In this document: positions 10,368 through 21,903 of the stretch, in pieces
Position numbering within the stretch: position 1 is the first letter of the stretch
Layout: each line of letters begins with the position of its first letter
Source: an uncultured Gemmatimonadaceae bacterium
GTDB taxonomy: Bacteria; Gemmatimonadota; Gemmatimonadetes; Gemmatimonadales; Gemmatimonadaceae
Direction: 5' to 3'
Assembly: GCA_963781585.1 (NCBI GenBank)
Contig: CAWAGQ010000007.1
Span: forward strand, 192,001-256,000
Length of the DNA: 64,000 bases
Translations under genes and position numbers: made by a program
Notes under the pieces: generated by a model
Told to the model about the DNA's origin: nothing
Databases searched by the model: none
Seen by the model: the letters and a program-made list of their open reading frames with translations, nothing else

Positions 10368-12563
10368 ATGCCCGCGCCGGAAATGCCTCTGCGCTCCCTC
10401 GTTCGACTCGGCTCCTCTCTGACAGCGGTGCCGTTCGGTCTGCTCATCGCCGCCCGGGCGCCGTCGGTGGATCGATCGCCGGCCGGCCACCGTCCGGCGG
10501 CGTCGCAGGGACCCGTATCGCGCCATACCCTGATGCCGGTCCCAGCGTCGGTGACCTGGGGCGAGGGGGAATACCGGCTGGACAGCAGCACCACCATAGG
10601 CCTAACGAAGTTCATCGACACCCGCCTGCGAAGCGCGGTGGAGCGCAGCGCGGCGCGCCTCGAAGCCCTCAGCGGCCTGGTCTTCGTGCCGCCGGCCGAT
10701 CATCCCCCGTTCACGCCGCGCATCGCCATCACCGTGGATGCCGCCGGACAGCGCGTGCAGACGGTGAGCGAGGACGAGTCGTACTCGCTCGCGGTCAACT
10801 TCACGGGAGCAACGCTGTACGCCCACACCGTGGTCGGCGCCCTCCGTGGACTGGAGACGCTGCTCCAGCTGGTCGAGTCCGACCGCGACGGCTTCTATCT
10901 GCCGGCGGTGCGCATCGAGGACATGCCGCGATTCCGCTGGCGCGGCCTGCTGATGGACGTCAGCCGCCACTTCATGCCGGTCGACGAGGTGAAGCACACG
11001 CTCGACGGCATGGCGGCCGTCAAGCTCAATGTCTTCCACTGGCACCTGACCGACGATCAGGGCTTCCGGGTCGAGAGCAAGCGCTACCCGCGCTTGCAAG
11101 GTTCGGGTTCGGACGGCCTCTACTACACTCAGGCCGAGATCAGGGAGATCGTCGCCTACGCCCGGGACCGCGGCATCCGCGTCATCCCTGAATTCGACAT
11201 GCCCGGCCATACCACGTCGTGGCTGGTCGGCTACCCGCAGTACGCCAGCGTCCCCGGGAAGTACGAGATCGAGCGCCACTTCGGCGCCAGCGACGCCATC
11301 TTCGACCCCAGCCGCGAACCGCTCTACACGTTCATCGACCGGTTCATCGGCGAGATCGCGCCGCTCTTTCCCGATCACTACTGGCACGTGGGCGGCGACG
11401 AGGTGGATCCGAAGCAGTGGAACACGCCGCGCATCCGCGCCTTCCGCAAGGCGCACAAGCTCAAGAATGCCGCCGAACTGCAGGTGTACTTCAACCGCCG
11501 CCTGACGCGGATCCTCGCCAGGTACGGCAAGCGGCTGGTCGGATGGGACGAGGTCCTCCAGCCGAACCTGCCGAAGACGAGCGTGGTGCAGTCGTGGCGG
11601 GGCGTGGACTATCTCGCGAAGTCGACCGCTGACGGGTACGCCAGCATTCTCTCGGCTCCGTGGTATCTCGACCACATCGACCCCGCCGAGCAGCTCTACA
11701 TCGCCGACCCGATCCCACCCACCACCGAGCTCACGCCCGAGCAACAGGCGCTGATCCTTGGCGGCGAGGCCTGCATGTGGGCCGAGCACGTGGCTTCGGA
11801 AACGGTGGACTCGCGCATCTGGCCGCGCCTGGCGGCCATCGCCGAGCGCCTCTGGTCGCCGCGGGACGTGATCCAGGTGAACGACATGTACCGGCGTCTC
11901 TGGGTGATGAGCGATCGGCTGGAACGCCTCGGCCTGATGCACGAGTCGCACACCAATCGCATGCTGCGGCGGATCACCGAGGACGACAGCACGCGTGAGG
12001 CGCTGGCGACAATGCTCGAGGCGGTGGGGCCGCCAAGCTTCGGCCAGCGGGTACGCGGGCAGCGCACCGATCAGCTCACGCCCCTGGTTCGCGTTCTCGA
12101 CGCCGCGGTGCCCGATCCCTGGGGACGATGGGAGACGTCGATGCTGGTGGATCGGTTGCTGAGCGACACGCTGACGCCGCCCGCGCGCATCGATACGACC
12201 ATCACCCTCGATGCCGCGCGTGCACGGCTGACGGAGCTGTTCACCCGGTGGCGTGACGCGGCCAATCCGGTACGGATCGGCGCGGACTCCACACCGCTGG
12301 TGGCCGAGGCAGTACCGGCGGCGGCCGCGCTGTCGCGGACCGCACAGGCGGGCCTGGAGGCGTTAGGCTATCTGGGCGGCAACGAGCGGCCGGCTCCGGG
12401 CTGGTCGGATGCGCTGCTGGCCGAGCTCAAGGGATACGAGCAGCCGCAGAACCTGCTGCGGGTGATGATCGTGCAGCCGGTGGAGCGGTTGGTCGCGGCG
12501 GCGGAAGGTGTTCACGGGTCGCAGGCCACAGGCATGGGCCAAAGGCCACAGGTTGGTCGATAG
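10368..12563 (+). CDS. GH20 beta-N-acetylhexosaminidase
   Basis: WRGLLMDVSRHF, FHWHLTDDQG, PEFDMPGH, HVGGDE catalytic pair, GGEACMWAE; start could be 10383. Confidence 0.93.
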   Translation: MPAPEMPLRSLVRLGSSLTAVPFGLLIAARAPSVDRSPAGHRPAASQGPVSRHTLMPVPASVTWGEGEYRLDSSTTIGLTKFIDTRLRSAVERSAARLEALSGLVFVPPADHPPFTPRIAITVDAAGQRVQTVSEDESYSLAVNFTGATLYAHTVVGALRGLETLLQLVESDRDGFYLPAVRIEDMPRFRWRGLLMDVSRHFMPVDEVKHTLDGMAAVKLNVFHWHLTDDQGFRVESKRYPRLQGSGSDGLYYTQAEIREIVAYARDRGIRVIPEFDMPGHTTSWLVGYPQYASVPGKYEIERHFGASDAIFDPSREPLYTFIDRFIGEIAPLFPDHYWHVGGDEVDPKQWNTPRIRAFRKAHKLKNAAELQVYFNRRLTRILARYGKRLVGWDEVLQPNLPKTSVVQSWRGVDYLAKSTADGYASILSAPWYLDHIDPAEQLYIADPIPPTTELTPEQQALILGGEACMWAEHVASETVDSRIWPRLAAIAERLWSPRDVIQVNDMYRRLWVMSDRLERLGLMHESHTNRMLRRITEDDSTREALATMLEAVGPPSFGQRVRGQRTDQLTPLVRVLDAAVPDPWGRWETSMLVDRLLSDTLTPPARIDTTITLDAARARLTELFTRWRDAANPVRIGADSTPLVAEAVPAAAALSRTAQAGLEALGYLGGNERPAPGWSDALLAELKGYEQPQNLLRVMIVQPVERLVAAAEGVHGSQATGMGQRPQVGR

Positions 12564-12712
12564 TTGATCGGTGGTTCGTAACCCCAATCGGCGCCGAGAG
12601 TTGGCCTGCGTCTGCGGCCGTAGTATGGGGGCGTCGCCGATGCAACGTGATGGGGTCGCCTCCCGACGCGGGTCGCTTAACGAAGCCGCGGTGTTCCGCG
12701 TAATCCAGTGGT

Positions 12713-14122
12713 ATGCTGAATCGATCTATCCGCTTGGCAGCTATGGCGCTTGTGGGCCTCTCGTCGGCGGCGCCCTGCCAGCGCCCCGACACCGTCCGCC
12801 TCTCCGTCGAAGACGCCGTCCGGCGCGTCCTCACGCAGAGCGACGAAATCCGTGTCGCCCGCGCCCAGGTCGACATCGCGGACGCGCAGGTGACCACCGC
12901 CCGCGCCGCTTCGCTCCCCGTTGCGCGGGTAAGCGGTAACTACTCGCAGACCGTGCTGAATGCACGGGCGGCGATCGTGAGCAGTCTGTTTGGACAGAGC
13001 TACAACTACACGTCGAACGTCAACATCTCGCAGCCGATCTTCCAGGGGGGACGCATCTGGGCGGGGATGCGGGCGGCCGGCGACACGCGCGGCGCCTCGC
13101 AGCTCACCCTGGCCGAGACGAAAGCCCGGCTGTCGGTGGACGCCCAGCGGGACTATCTGGGCGCGCTGCTGGCCCGCGAGCTGGTGGACATTCAGGAGCG
13201 GAACGCCGCGCTGGCCGATGATCGACTCACCCAGGTGGAGCAGCTGGAGAAGGCCGGGCGCGCTTCGCGCTACGACGTGCTCAAGGCCCGGGTGGACCGG
13301 TCGAATCTGGAACCGGGGCTGCAGCAGGCGCGGAGCGACCGCGAGCTGGCCGACATCACGCTGCGCCAGCTGCTCAATCTGCCTAACGACGCTCCGATCG
13401 TCCTCGCCGTGGAGCTCGACACCGCCGCGCTGCGTTCGACGGTGCAGGCGGTGGCCGCCGACAGCGACCGGACCGTGGTGCGGCCGGCGGTGCGCGCCGC
13501 GACGTTGTCGCTCGATGCCCGACGCGAGGCGGTCCGTGTGGCCCGCGCCGACTTCCTTCCCACCGTCAGCGTCTTTTTCCAGACCGGATACACGGCGCTG
13601 CCGGCGTCGCCCGGCTTCCCCACTGTCTGGGGGCACACATCGGAGGCGGCCTGCCCGCCCGGATCGACCGCCGGCAAGGTCTGCCAGAACAACGGCTGGT
13701 ATCCGGACCGGTCGTTCGGCGTGCAGGTGCAGTGGTTCGTGTTCGACGGACTGAAGACCAAGGGGAACCTGGATCTGGCGTCGTCGAACGAACGATTGGC
13801 GCGGACGCAGCTGGACCTGCAGAAGGAGACGGTGGCGGTCGAGCTCGCCCGGGCCGAAGCGGAATTCACGCGGGCCGAGACGACGTTCGATGCGCAACAC
13901 CAGAACGCGAACGAAGCCGAAGAAGCATATCGTATCGCGGCGCTTCGCTTCGAGCGCGGGCTGGGGACGCAGCTGGAGGTGAACGACGCGCAGGCGTCGT
14001 TGTTTACCGCGCGGGTGAATGCCGCCCGCGCTTCCATCGACTACTATCTTGCGGCTGCGGAGCTGGCGCGCGCGCGTGGGCACGACATCCCACTCCCGCC
14101 CACGCGACCCGCCTCACGCTGA
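12713..14122 (+). CDS. TolC-family outer membrane efflux protein
   Basis: Signal peptide, LSVEDAVRR, RFERGLGTQLEVNDAQ; first gene of RND operon. Confidence 0.9.
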   Translation: MLNRSIRLAAMALVGLSSAAPCQRPDTVRLSVEDAVRRVLTQSDEIRVARAQVDIADAQVTTARAASLPVARVSGNYSQTVLNARAAIVSSLFGQSYNYTSNVNISQPIFQGGRIWAGMRAAGDTRGASQLTLAETKARLSVDAQRDYLGALLARELVDIQERNAALADDRLTQVEQLEKAGRASRYDVLKARVDRSNLEPGLQQARSDRELADITLRQLLNLPNDAPIVLAVELDTAALRSTVQAVAADSDRTVVRPAVRAATLSLDARREAVRVARADFLPTVSVFFQTGYTALPASPGFPTVWGHTSEAACPPGSTAGKVCQNNGWYPDRSFGVQVQWFVFDGLKTKGNLDLASSNERLARTQLDLQKETVAVELARAEAEFTRAETTFDAQHQNANEAEEAYRIAALRFERGLGTQLEVNDAQASLFTARVNAARASIDYYLAAAELARARGHDIPLPPTRPASR

Positions 14123-14132
14123 GAGACACTCC

Positions 14133-15443
14133 GTGGCTCGACCGTTCATGAAGGGGCTCGCCCTCGCCGCGACCCTGTCGGCGATGATCGCCTGCGGCCA
14201 GTCGGGCGCCGCCGCCTCGGCCAGCAATCCGCCGGCCGCCGATCCGCCGGGCGATTCGGTCGGCACGCCGGCCGGCTCGCGCCCCGGCGGGGCCGGACGC
14301 GCGGGAGGACGCGGCGCCACGTCGGTGGTCCTCGGACCTAACGACGTGGCCGACGTGACCCGCGGGCCGATCGAGGACGCGATCGCGATCCAGGGCGACC
14401 TCAAGCCGATCGAGGAGATCGCCGTGCGCGCCCGGATCGAGGGGAACGTCGAGGCCGTCACCGTGCGCGCGGGCGACCGCGTGACGAAGGGGCAGGTGCT
14501 GGCGCGGTTCGAGAACAGCAATCAGGAGAGCGCGCGGAAGTCGGCCGAAGCCGATCTGGAGTCGGCCAAGGCCGACGTCGCCAACAGCCAGTGGAACGCC
14601 GACCAGTCGGCGGAGCTGTTCAAGGCCGGCGCGATCCCCGAGCGCGACCTGCGCACCGCCCAGCAGACGCTGGTGGCCGCCCAGGCGCGTCAGGCAGCGG
14701 CGGAAGCGCATTTGCGCGCCACTACCCAGGACTTCGATGATACCCGGGTGTTGTCGCCGACCACGGGCTCGGTGAGCGTGCGTAGCGTGGAGACCGGCGA
14801 GCATGTGGCGCGCGGCGCCACCGTGTTTACCATCGTGCGCAACGACGTGCTCGAGCTCGAGGCGGCGCTGCCGGCGCGGTTCGCGGGCGATGTGCGACCG
14901 TCGCAGCCCGTGCGGTTCAGCGCCGCCGGCCGCGACCTCGACGGCAAGGTGGCGCGGGTCAGTCCGACCATCAACCCGGCCAACCGGTCGGTTTCGGTCT
15001 ATCTCCAGCTGCCCAATGCCGACGGGAGCCTCAAGGGGAACACGTTCGCTACCGGCCGGATCATCACCCGGCTGGTGCCTGACGCGATGATCATTCCCAC
15101 GGCCGCGGTCCGCTACGTGCAGGCGCAGTCGCAGCCGTTCGTCTACCGCATCTTGAACGACGTGGTGGACTTCGCCCCGGTGCAGCTCGGCATCATCAAC
15201 GAAGTCGCCGGACTGGCCCAGGTGATCGATGGGTTGAACGAGGGCGATGAAATTGTGGTCGGGAACATCGGCGCGCTGGGGCGGGGTGTGAAGGTGACGA
15301 TCGCGCGCGCACCGGAGCCGGGGCGGAGCCGCCCGATGCGGAACGGTGGTTCCGGCCGCCGTGGGGGTGGGAACGGCAAGGGTCGAGGCGAGCCCCGCGC
15401 GCCGCGCGGCGGCGACAATCCGGTGCCGAAGCCGCCAGGCTAA
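14133..15443 (+). CDS. RND periplasmic adaptor (MFP)
   Basis: VRAGDRVTKGQVLARF lipoyl-like repeat, coiled coil, GLNEGDEIV; start could be 14148. Confidence 0.9.
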   Translation: MARPFMKGLALAATLSAMIACGQSGAAASASNPPAADPPGDSVGTPAGSRPGGAGRAGGRGATSVVLGPNDVADVTRGPIEDAIAIQGDLKPIEEIAVRARIEGNVEAVTVRAGDRVTKGQVLARFENSNQESARKSAEADLESAKADVANSQWNADQSAELFKAGAIPERDLRTAQQTLVAAQARQAAAEAHLRATTQDFDDTRVLSPTTGSVSVRSVETGEHVARGATVFTIVRNDVLELEAALPARFAGDVRPSQPVRFSAAGRDLDGKVARVSPTINPANRSVSVYLQLPNADGSLKGNTFATGRIITRLVPDAMIIPTAAVRYVQAQSQPFVYRILNDVVDFAPVQLGIINEVAGLAQVIDGLNEGDEIVVGNIGALGRGVKVTIARAPEPGRSRPMRNGGSGRRGGGNGKGRGEPRAPRGGDNPVPKPPG

Positions 15444-15445
15444 CA

Positions 15446-18400
15446 ATGTTCCTCTCTGACGTCTCCATCAAACGGCCGGTCTTCGCTACCATGATGATGG
15501 TGGCGCTGCTGGTGCTCGGCTTGGTGTCGTACCGACGCCTTGCGATCGACGAGTATCCGGACGTCACCTATCCCGTCGTCAGCGTCAGCACCACCTATCC
15601 TGGTGCCTCGCCCGAGGTCATGGAACGCGACGTCTCGCGCCCGATCGAGGAAGCCCTCAACACGGTGCAGGGCATCCGCGAGATCAACTCGTCGTCGCAG
15701 GAAGGCAGCTCGAATGTTCGCGTGAACCTCGAGCTCGGCGTCAACGTGCTGGAGGGGCAGCAGGAAGTGGTGGCCAAGGTCGCCAGGATCCGGCGCCAGC
15801 TGCCGCCCGACGCCAATGACCCGGTGGTGATGCGGTTCGACCCTAACGACCGCCCGATCATGTCGATCTCGGTGCAGTCCTCGGAGCGGTCGATTCGCGA
15901 TCTCACCGACCTGGCCGAGCAGGTGATCGCGATCGGCATCGAGTCGATTCCGGGCGTGGGGGGCGTGAACGTCGTCGGAGGCACGTCGCGCCAGATCCGG
16001 GTGGAGCTCAACCCCGACGCCCTGCGCGCGTACGAGATCAGTCCCACCCAGGTAACGCAAGCCCTGTCCCGCGAGAACCAGGAAGTGCCTGCGGGCCGCG
16101 TCTACCGCGGCGATGTGGAGAAGCTCGTGCGGATCACCGGACGCATCGTGAGCCCGCGGGCGTTCAACGATATCGTCGTCGCCACGCGGGCGAACGTGCC
16201 GGTGCGGGTGCGCGATCTGGGCACGGTGATCGACGGGAACGCCGAGGCGCGGTCGGCGGCGTTCATGGATACCACGCGCGCCGTGTCGGTGGAGGTGCTG
16301 AAGGTGTCGGGCACCAACACCGTGGAGGTCGCCGACGCGGTGCGCGCCAAGGTGGCGGAGATGGAGCACTCCATGCCGCCCGATATCAAGTTCATCCTGG
16401 TTCGCGATGACTCGGAGAAGATCCGGAGCTCGCTGTCGGACGTGCAGAAGACGATCATGCTGGGCGCCGTCCTCACGATCCTGATCATCTATCTGTTCCT
16501 GAACAGCTGGCGCTCGACGGTCATCACCGGGCTCACGCTTCCGGTGTCGGTCATCTCGGCGTTCTTCGCGATGTGGTTGTTCAATTTCACGATCAACACG
16601 ATGACGCTGCTGGCGTTGTCGCTGGCGATCGGGCTGCTGATCGACGATGCGATCGTGGTCCGCGAGAACATCGTGCGTCATATCGAGATGGGGAAGGATC
16701 ACTACAAGGCGTCGATGGAAGCCACCAGCGAGATCGGACTGGCGGTGCTGTCGACGACGCTGGCGGTGGTGGCGGTGTTCGTCCCGGTGGCGTTCATGGG
16801 CGGACAGATCGGGAAGATCTTCTACCAGTTCGGCGTCACCGTGGCATTTGCGGTGCTGGTCTCGCTGTTCGTCTCGTTCACGCTCGATCCGATGTTGTCG
16901 AGTGTCTGGGCCGACCCCGAGCTGGAACACGGTGGGCACGCCGAGACGCGCAAGCGGACCAGGAATCCCATTCGGCGGTTCGCGTTCGCGTTCGACGACG
17001 GGTTCGAGCGCGTCGCCGACCGCTACCGCAACTGGCTGGCGTGGTCGCTTCGCCATCGCGCGATCGTGGTCACTGTGGCGCTGGTGGCGATCGGGGCTGC
17101 GTTCGCGATCTATCCGCTGCTCGGCTTCACCTGGATTCCGCCGTACGACGCCGGTGAATTCAACGTCAGCGTGCGTACGCCGCCGGGCTCGCGGCTGGAG
17201 TACACGATCGCGCGGACGCAGGAGGTGGCGGTGTTCCTCCGGCGCGACCCGGACGTCCAGTTCACGTACATCTCGATCGGTGGCGGCGGTCGCGGGGGCC
17301 CGAACAACGGCCAGATCTACGTCCGGCTGTGCGAGATGGTGGGGGCGATCGTCGCGCCGTGCCGCGCACACCGCACGCGGTCGGAAGCCGACATCGAGAC
17401 CGATCTGCGCAAGCAGCTGGCCGCGATGCCATCGGTGCGCGCGTCGATCCAGCCGCAGCGGAGCATCTTCGGTGGCGGCGGCCACACGCCGATCCAGATC
17501 TACGTGCAGGGACCGGAGGAGACGCGGCTCAAGATCGCGGCCGATCAGGTGCTCCAGGCGATGCGAACGGTCCCCGGGATGGCGGAGCCCACGTCGAGCG
17601 ACGAGGGACAGATCCCGCAGCTCAACGTGCAGGTCGACCGGCAGCAGGCCTGGGCCGCGGGGCTCGGCATCGCCAGCATTTCGTCCACACTCCAACCGCT
17701 GTTTCAGGGACAGCGGGCCACGCGGTGGCAGGATGCGAACGGCTACGAGCACGACGTGATGGTGGTGTATCCCGATTCGATGCGGGTGTCGCCCGAGGAC
17801 GTGGCGCGCATCCCGGTCCTGAGCGCGAACATCGATCTGCGCACGGGGCAGGCGATCACGGTGCCACTGGCGCAGGTGGCGGACATCCGGGCGGGTGTGG
17901 GTCCGCAGCAGATCGACCGGCGGAGCCTCGAGCGGCAGATCTCGGTGTCGGCCGGTGTGCTCCCCGACTACAACATGGGCGATGTCGCCAACGCGGCGAC
18001 CAAGGTCATCAATGCGATCGGTCTGCCGCCCGGCTATCACACCGTGTTCGGCGGCGACGTGCAGAATCTCGAGGAGACGAAGGGCTACGTGATGGAGGCG
18101 ATCATTCTCGCGGTGGTCTTCATCTATCTCATTCTGGCGTCGCTGTTCGGGTCGTTCATTCAGCCGCTGGCGATCATGCTGGCGTTGCCGTTGTCGTTCG
18201 TGGGGGTGGCGCTGGCGCTGCTGATCACGAAGGGGTCGCTCAACATCATGTCGATGATCGGGATCATCATGCTGATGGGACTGGTGACCAAGAACGGCAT
18301 TCTGATGATCGACTTCATGAATCATGAGCGCGACCGCGGAGTGGAGCGGACCAAGGCGATCCTGAGCGCGGCGCGGATCCGGTTGCGACCGATCATCATG

Positions 18401-18664
18401 ACGACCTGCGCGATGATCTTCGGCATGCTGCCGCTGGCGCTCGCGTTAGGCGAGGGGGCGGAGCAGCGGTCGCCGATGGCGCACGCGGTGATCGGCGGGC
18501 TGGTGACGTCGACGCTGCTGACGCTGTTCATCGTCCCGGTGGTGTACACGCTGCTCGACGATCTGGCGGCGCGGGTGCTGGGGCGCAAGCCGGTGCCGCT
18601 GGCGGTAGTGCTTCCACCGCAGAGTCCCGAGGACAGCGAGCCGAGGCCGGCGTTCGGGGACTGA
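15446..18664 (+). CDS. RND efflux permease (AcrB/HAE1-like)
   Basis: 1072 aa; IKRPV, GLLIDDAIVVRENI, KNGIL, RLRPIIMT. Confidence 0.96.
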   Translation: MFLSDVSIKRPVFATMMMVALLVLGLVSYRRLAIDEYPDVTYPVVSVSTTYPGASPEVMERDVSRPIEEALNTVQGIREINSSSQEGSSNVRVNLELGVNVLEGQQEVVAKVARIRRQLPPDANDPVVMRFDPNDRPIMSISVQSSERSIRDLTDLAEQVIAIGIESIPGVGGVNVVGGTSRQIRVELNPDALRAYEISPTQVTQALSRENQEVPAGRVYRGDVEKLVRITGRIVSPRAFNDIVVATRANVPVRVRDLGTVIDGNAEARSAAFMDTTRAVSVEVLKVSGTNTVEVADAVRAKVAEMEHSMPPDIKFILVRDDSEKIRSSLSDVQKTIMLGAVLTILIIYLFLNSWRSTVITGLTLPVSVISAFFAMWLFNFTINTMTLLALSLAIGLLIDDAIVVRENIVRHIEMGKDHYKASMEATSEIGLAVLSTTLAVVAVFVPVAFMGGQIGKIFYQFGVTVAFAVLVSLFVSFTLDPMLSSVWADPELEHGGHAETRKRTRNPIRRFAFAFDDGFERVADRYRNWLAWSLRHRAIVVTVALVAIGAAFAIYPLLGFTWIPPYDAGEFNVSVRTPPGSRLEYTIARTQEVAVFLRRDPDVQFTYISIGGGGRGGPNNGQIYVRLCEMVGAIVAPCRAHRTRSEADIETDLRKQLAAMPSVRASIQPQRSIFGGGGHTPIQIYVQGPEETRLKIAADQVLQAMRTVPGMAEPTSSDEGQIPQLNVQVDRQQAWAAGLGIASISSTLQPLFQGQRATRWQDANGYEHDVMVVYPDSMRVSPEDVARIPVLSANIDLRTGQAITVPLAQVADIRAGVGPQQIDRRSLERQISVSAGVLPDYNMGDVANAATKVINAIGLPPGYHTVFGGDVQNLEETKGYVMEAIILAVVFIYLILASLFGSFIQPLAIMLALPLSFVGVALALLITKGSLNIMSMIGIIMLMGLVTKNGILMIDFMNHERDRGVERTKAILSAARIRLRPIIMTTCAMIFGMLPLALALGEGAEQRSPMAHAVIGGLVTSTLLTLFIVPVVYTLLDDLAARVLGRKPVPLAVVLPPQSPEDSEPRPAFGD

Positions 18665-18756
18665 GCCCGGCGACGCGGGTGACGCGCGTGTGACGGCCGT
18701 ACCGCAGCTTTCTGGAAGTGCCGAAGGTCTGACTTCCAGTACCGCGGAGTGCCCAC

Positions 18757-19143
18757 GTGGACGAGGACGCGGTGAACCGGGTGAGCGGGGAAGTGGTCGA
18801 TGCGGCGATCCAAGTGCACTCGGCGCTCGGTCCGGGGCTGCTGGAAGGTGCTTACAAGGCCTGTGTGCGCTACGAGCTGATCAAGCGTGGCGTGCCGCTC
18901 CAAGCCGAGCTGGCGCTGCCGGTGGTGTACGACGGGATGCGGATCGATCTCGGCTACCGACTCGACCTTGTGGTTTCGGACTGCGTGATCGTGGAGCTGA
19001 AGGCGATCGCGAAGCTCCTCCCGATTCATGAAGCGCAGCTCCTCTCCTATCTCAAGCTGAGCGGCCATCGCATGGGGCTCCTGATCAACTTCCACGTCCC
19101 GCGTCTCAAGGACGGCATCAAGCGCATGGTCAATTCCGGCTGA
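18757..19143 (+). CDS. GxxExxY protein (PD-(D/E)XK nuclease fold)
   Basis: LGPGLLEGAY, RLDLVV, IVELKA, HEAQLLSYLK, GLLINF. Confidence 0.93.
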   Translation: MDEDAVNRVSGEVVDAAIQVHSALGPGLLEGAYKACVRYELIKRGVPLQAELALPVVYDGMRIDLGYRLDLVVSDCVIVELKAIAKLLPIHEAQLLSYLKLSGHRMGLLINFHVPRLKDGIKRMVNSG

Positions 19144-19313
19144 CCCTGCGGGTCGACCGCGGAGAACACAGCGACCGCAGAGGGACCTATTCGCGCGCCA
19201 GCGCGCGGCGAGCAGTGTCAGGGCCGGCGCGTCCGAGCCAAGGAGCGGTGAGACTCTGCGTCCTCCGCGTTCTCTGCGGTGAACTGTTTACCGCAGAGTA
19301 GCTGTGTTAAAAG

Positions 19314-20627
<1,314 letters not shown>

Positions 20628-20670
20628 TCACCATGTATATCGACTGAGCATGGCGACCCGGGGAGTGCAG

Positions 20671-21900
20671 ATGCAACTGCCATATGACGCCAAACGGCGC
20701 AGCGTCACGATGGTGATCGCAGGGGTAGCGCTCGTCGCGGGCGCCTGCCGCGCCGGCTCGACCTCGGACCTCGGCACCTGGGTCGCCGAACGCGACACCG
20801 TCGGCGACACGGTCACCGTGCGGACCGTCTCCGGCAGCGTCTGGGGGAAGCCGGCCACGATGGTCGAAGAGCTCGCCATCGGCGAGCTGGACGGCCGCGA
20901 CGAGTACATGCTGGGACAGATCCAGGACATGGCGGTCGATGCCCAAGGCGGTATCTACGTCTTCGACGGCCAGGTGCCGGCGCTGCGGTACTACCACGCC
21001 GACGGCAAGTATGTCAGGACGTTAGGCGGCGCCGGATCCGGACCCGGCGAATACCGGGATGCCTCGCTCGGGCTGGCGGTGCGCCGCGATGGCCGGATCG
21101 TCATGCGCGATCCGCGCAACTCGCGGCTCAACGTCTACAACGCGGATGGAACGCCGGCGGATCAGTGGTCGGTGTCGAGCGGACTGTTCACCGCGCAGGC
21201 GATGGTGCTCGACACCGCCGATCAGGCATACCTCAAGATCCTCCAGGAGCCGCCGCAGGCGAACAAGGCGTGGCGCATCGGACTGCTCCACCTGGATGAC
21301 AAGGGCCATATCGTCGACACGATTCCCGATCCGGTCATCGCCGGCGAGTCGGAAAGTGGTGGCGGCCGGTTCCTGCCCAGCAAGGTCTGGGCGTGGAGCC
21401 CGTTAGGCTACCTGGTGGTCGGGGTGACCGACGCCTACCACTTCGAGGTGCGGGGCCCGGGAAAGCGCGTCACCCGCATCGAACGCACCGTCCCCGCCGT
21501 GCAGGTATTGCCGGAGGAGCGCGCGGAGTACGAAGCGGTCAACGACTGGATGCGCAAGAACCAGGGCCGGTTCATGACGTCGGAGATTCCGCCGATCCCG
21601 GCTACCAAGGCGCCCTATCGCGGCTTCCTCATCGGCGAGCGCGGCCGCATCTGGGTGCGCCGCTCGGTGACGGCGGAACACATGGACTCCGGACAGCCCA
21701 CGAAACCGGACCGGCCGCCACCCATCAATTGGGTCGAACCGGCGGTCTACGATGTGTTCGAGCCCGATGGAACGTACCTCGGCGAGGTGCACGTCCCGCG
21801 GCACACGGGACTCGACGTAATCCGCGGCGACACGGCGTGGGGAACGCGGACCGGAGAGCAAGGCGAGCTGTATATCGTGCGTCTGCGCGTGACGAGGTAA
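20671..21900 (+). CDS. 6-bladed beta-propeller (NHL-like) lipoprotein
   Basis: LVAGAC lipobox, YVRTLGGAGSGPGEY, YDVFEPDGTYLGEV. Confidence 0.8.
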   Translation: MQLPYDAKRRSVTMVIAGVALVAGACRAGSTSDLGTWVAERDTVGDTVTVRTVSGSVWGKPATMVEELAIGELDGRDEYMLGQIQDMAVDAQGGIYVFDGQVPALRYYHADGKYVRTLGGAGSGPGEYRDASLGLAVRRDGRIVMRDPRNSRLNVYNADGTPADQWSVSSGLFTAQAMVLDTADQAYLKILQEPPQANKAWRIGLLHLDDKGHIVDTIPDPVIAGESESGGGRFLPSKVWAWSPLGYLVVGVTDAYHFEVRGPGKRVTRIERTVPAVQVLPEERAEYEAVNDWMRKNQGRFMTSEIPPIPATKAPYRGFLIGERGRIWVRRSVTAEHMDSGQPTKPDRPPPINWVEPAVYDVFEPDGTYLGEVHVPRHTGLDVIRGDTAWGTRTGEQGELYIVRLRVTR

Positions 21901-21903
21901 TCG

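Noticed and set aside
15440..18325. 961-aa antisense ORF and many other long shadow ORFs (e.g. 7986-10526, 1906-3378, 59063-60655)
   Set aside because: They overlap well-supported genes; stop-poor alternative frames are expected at high GC
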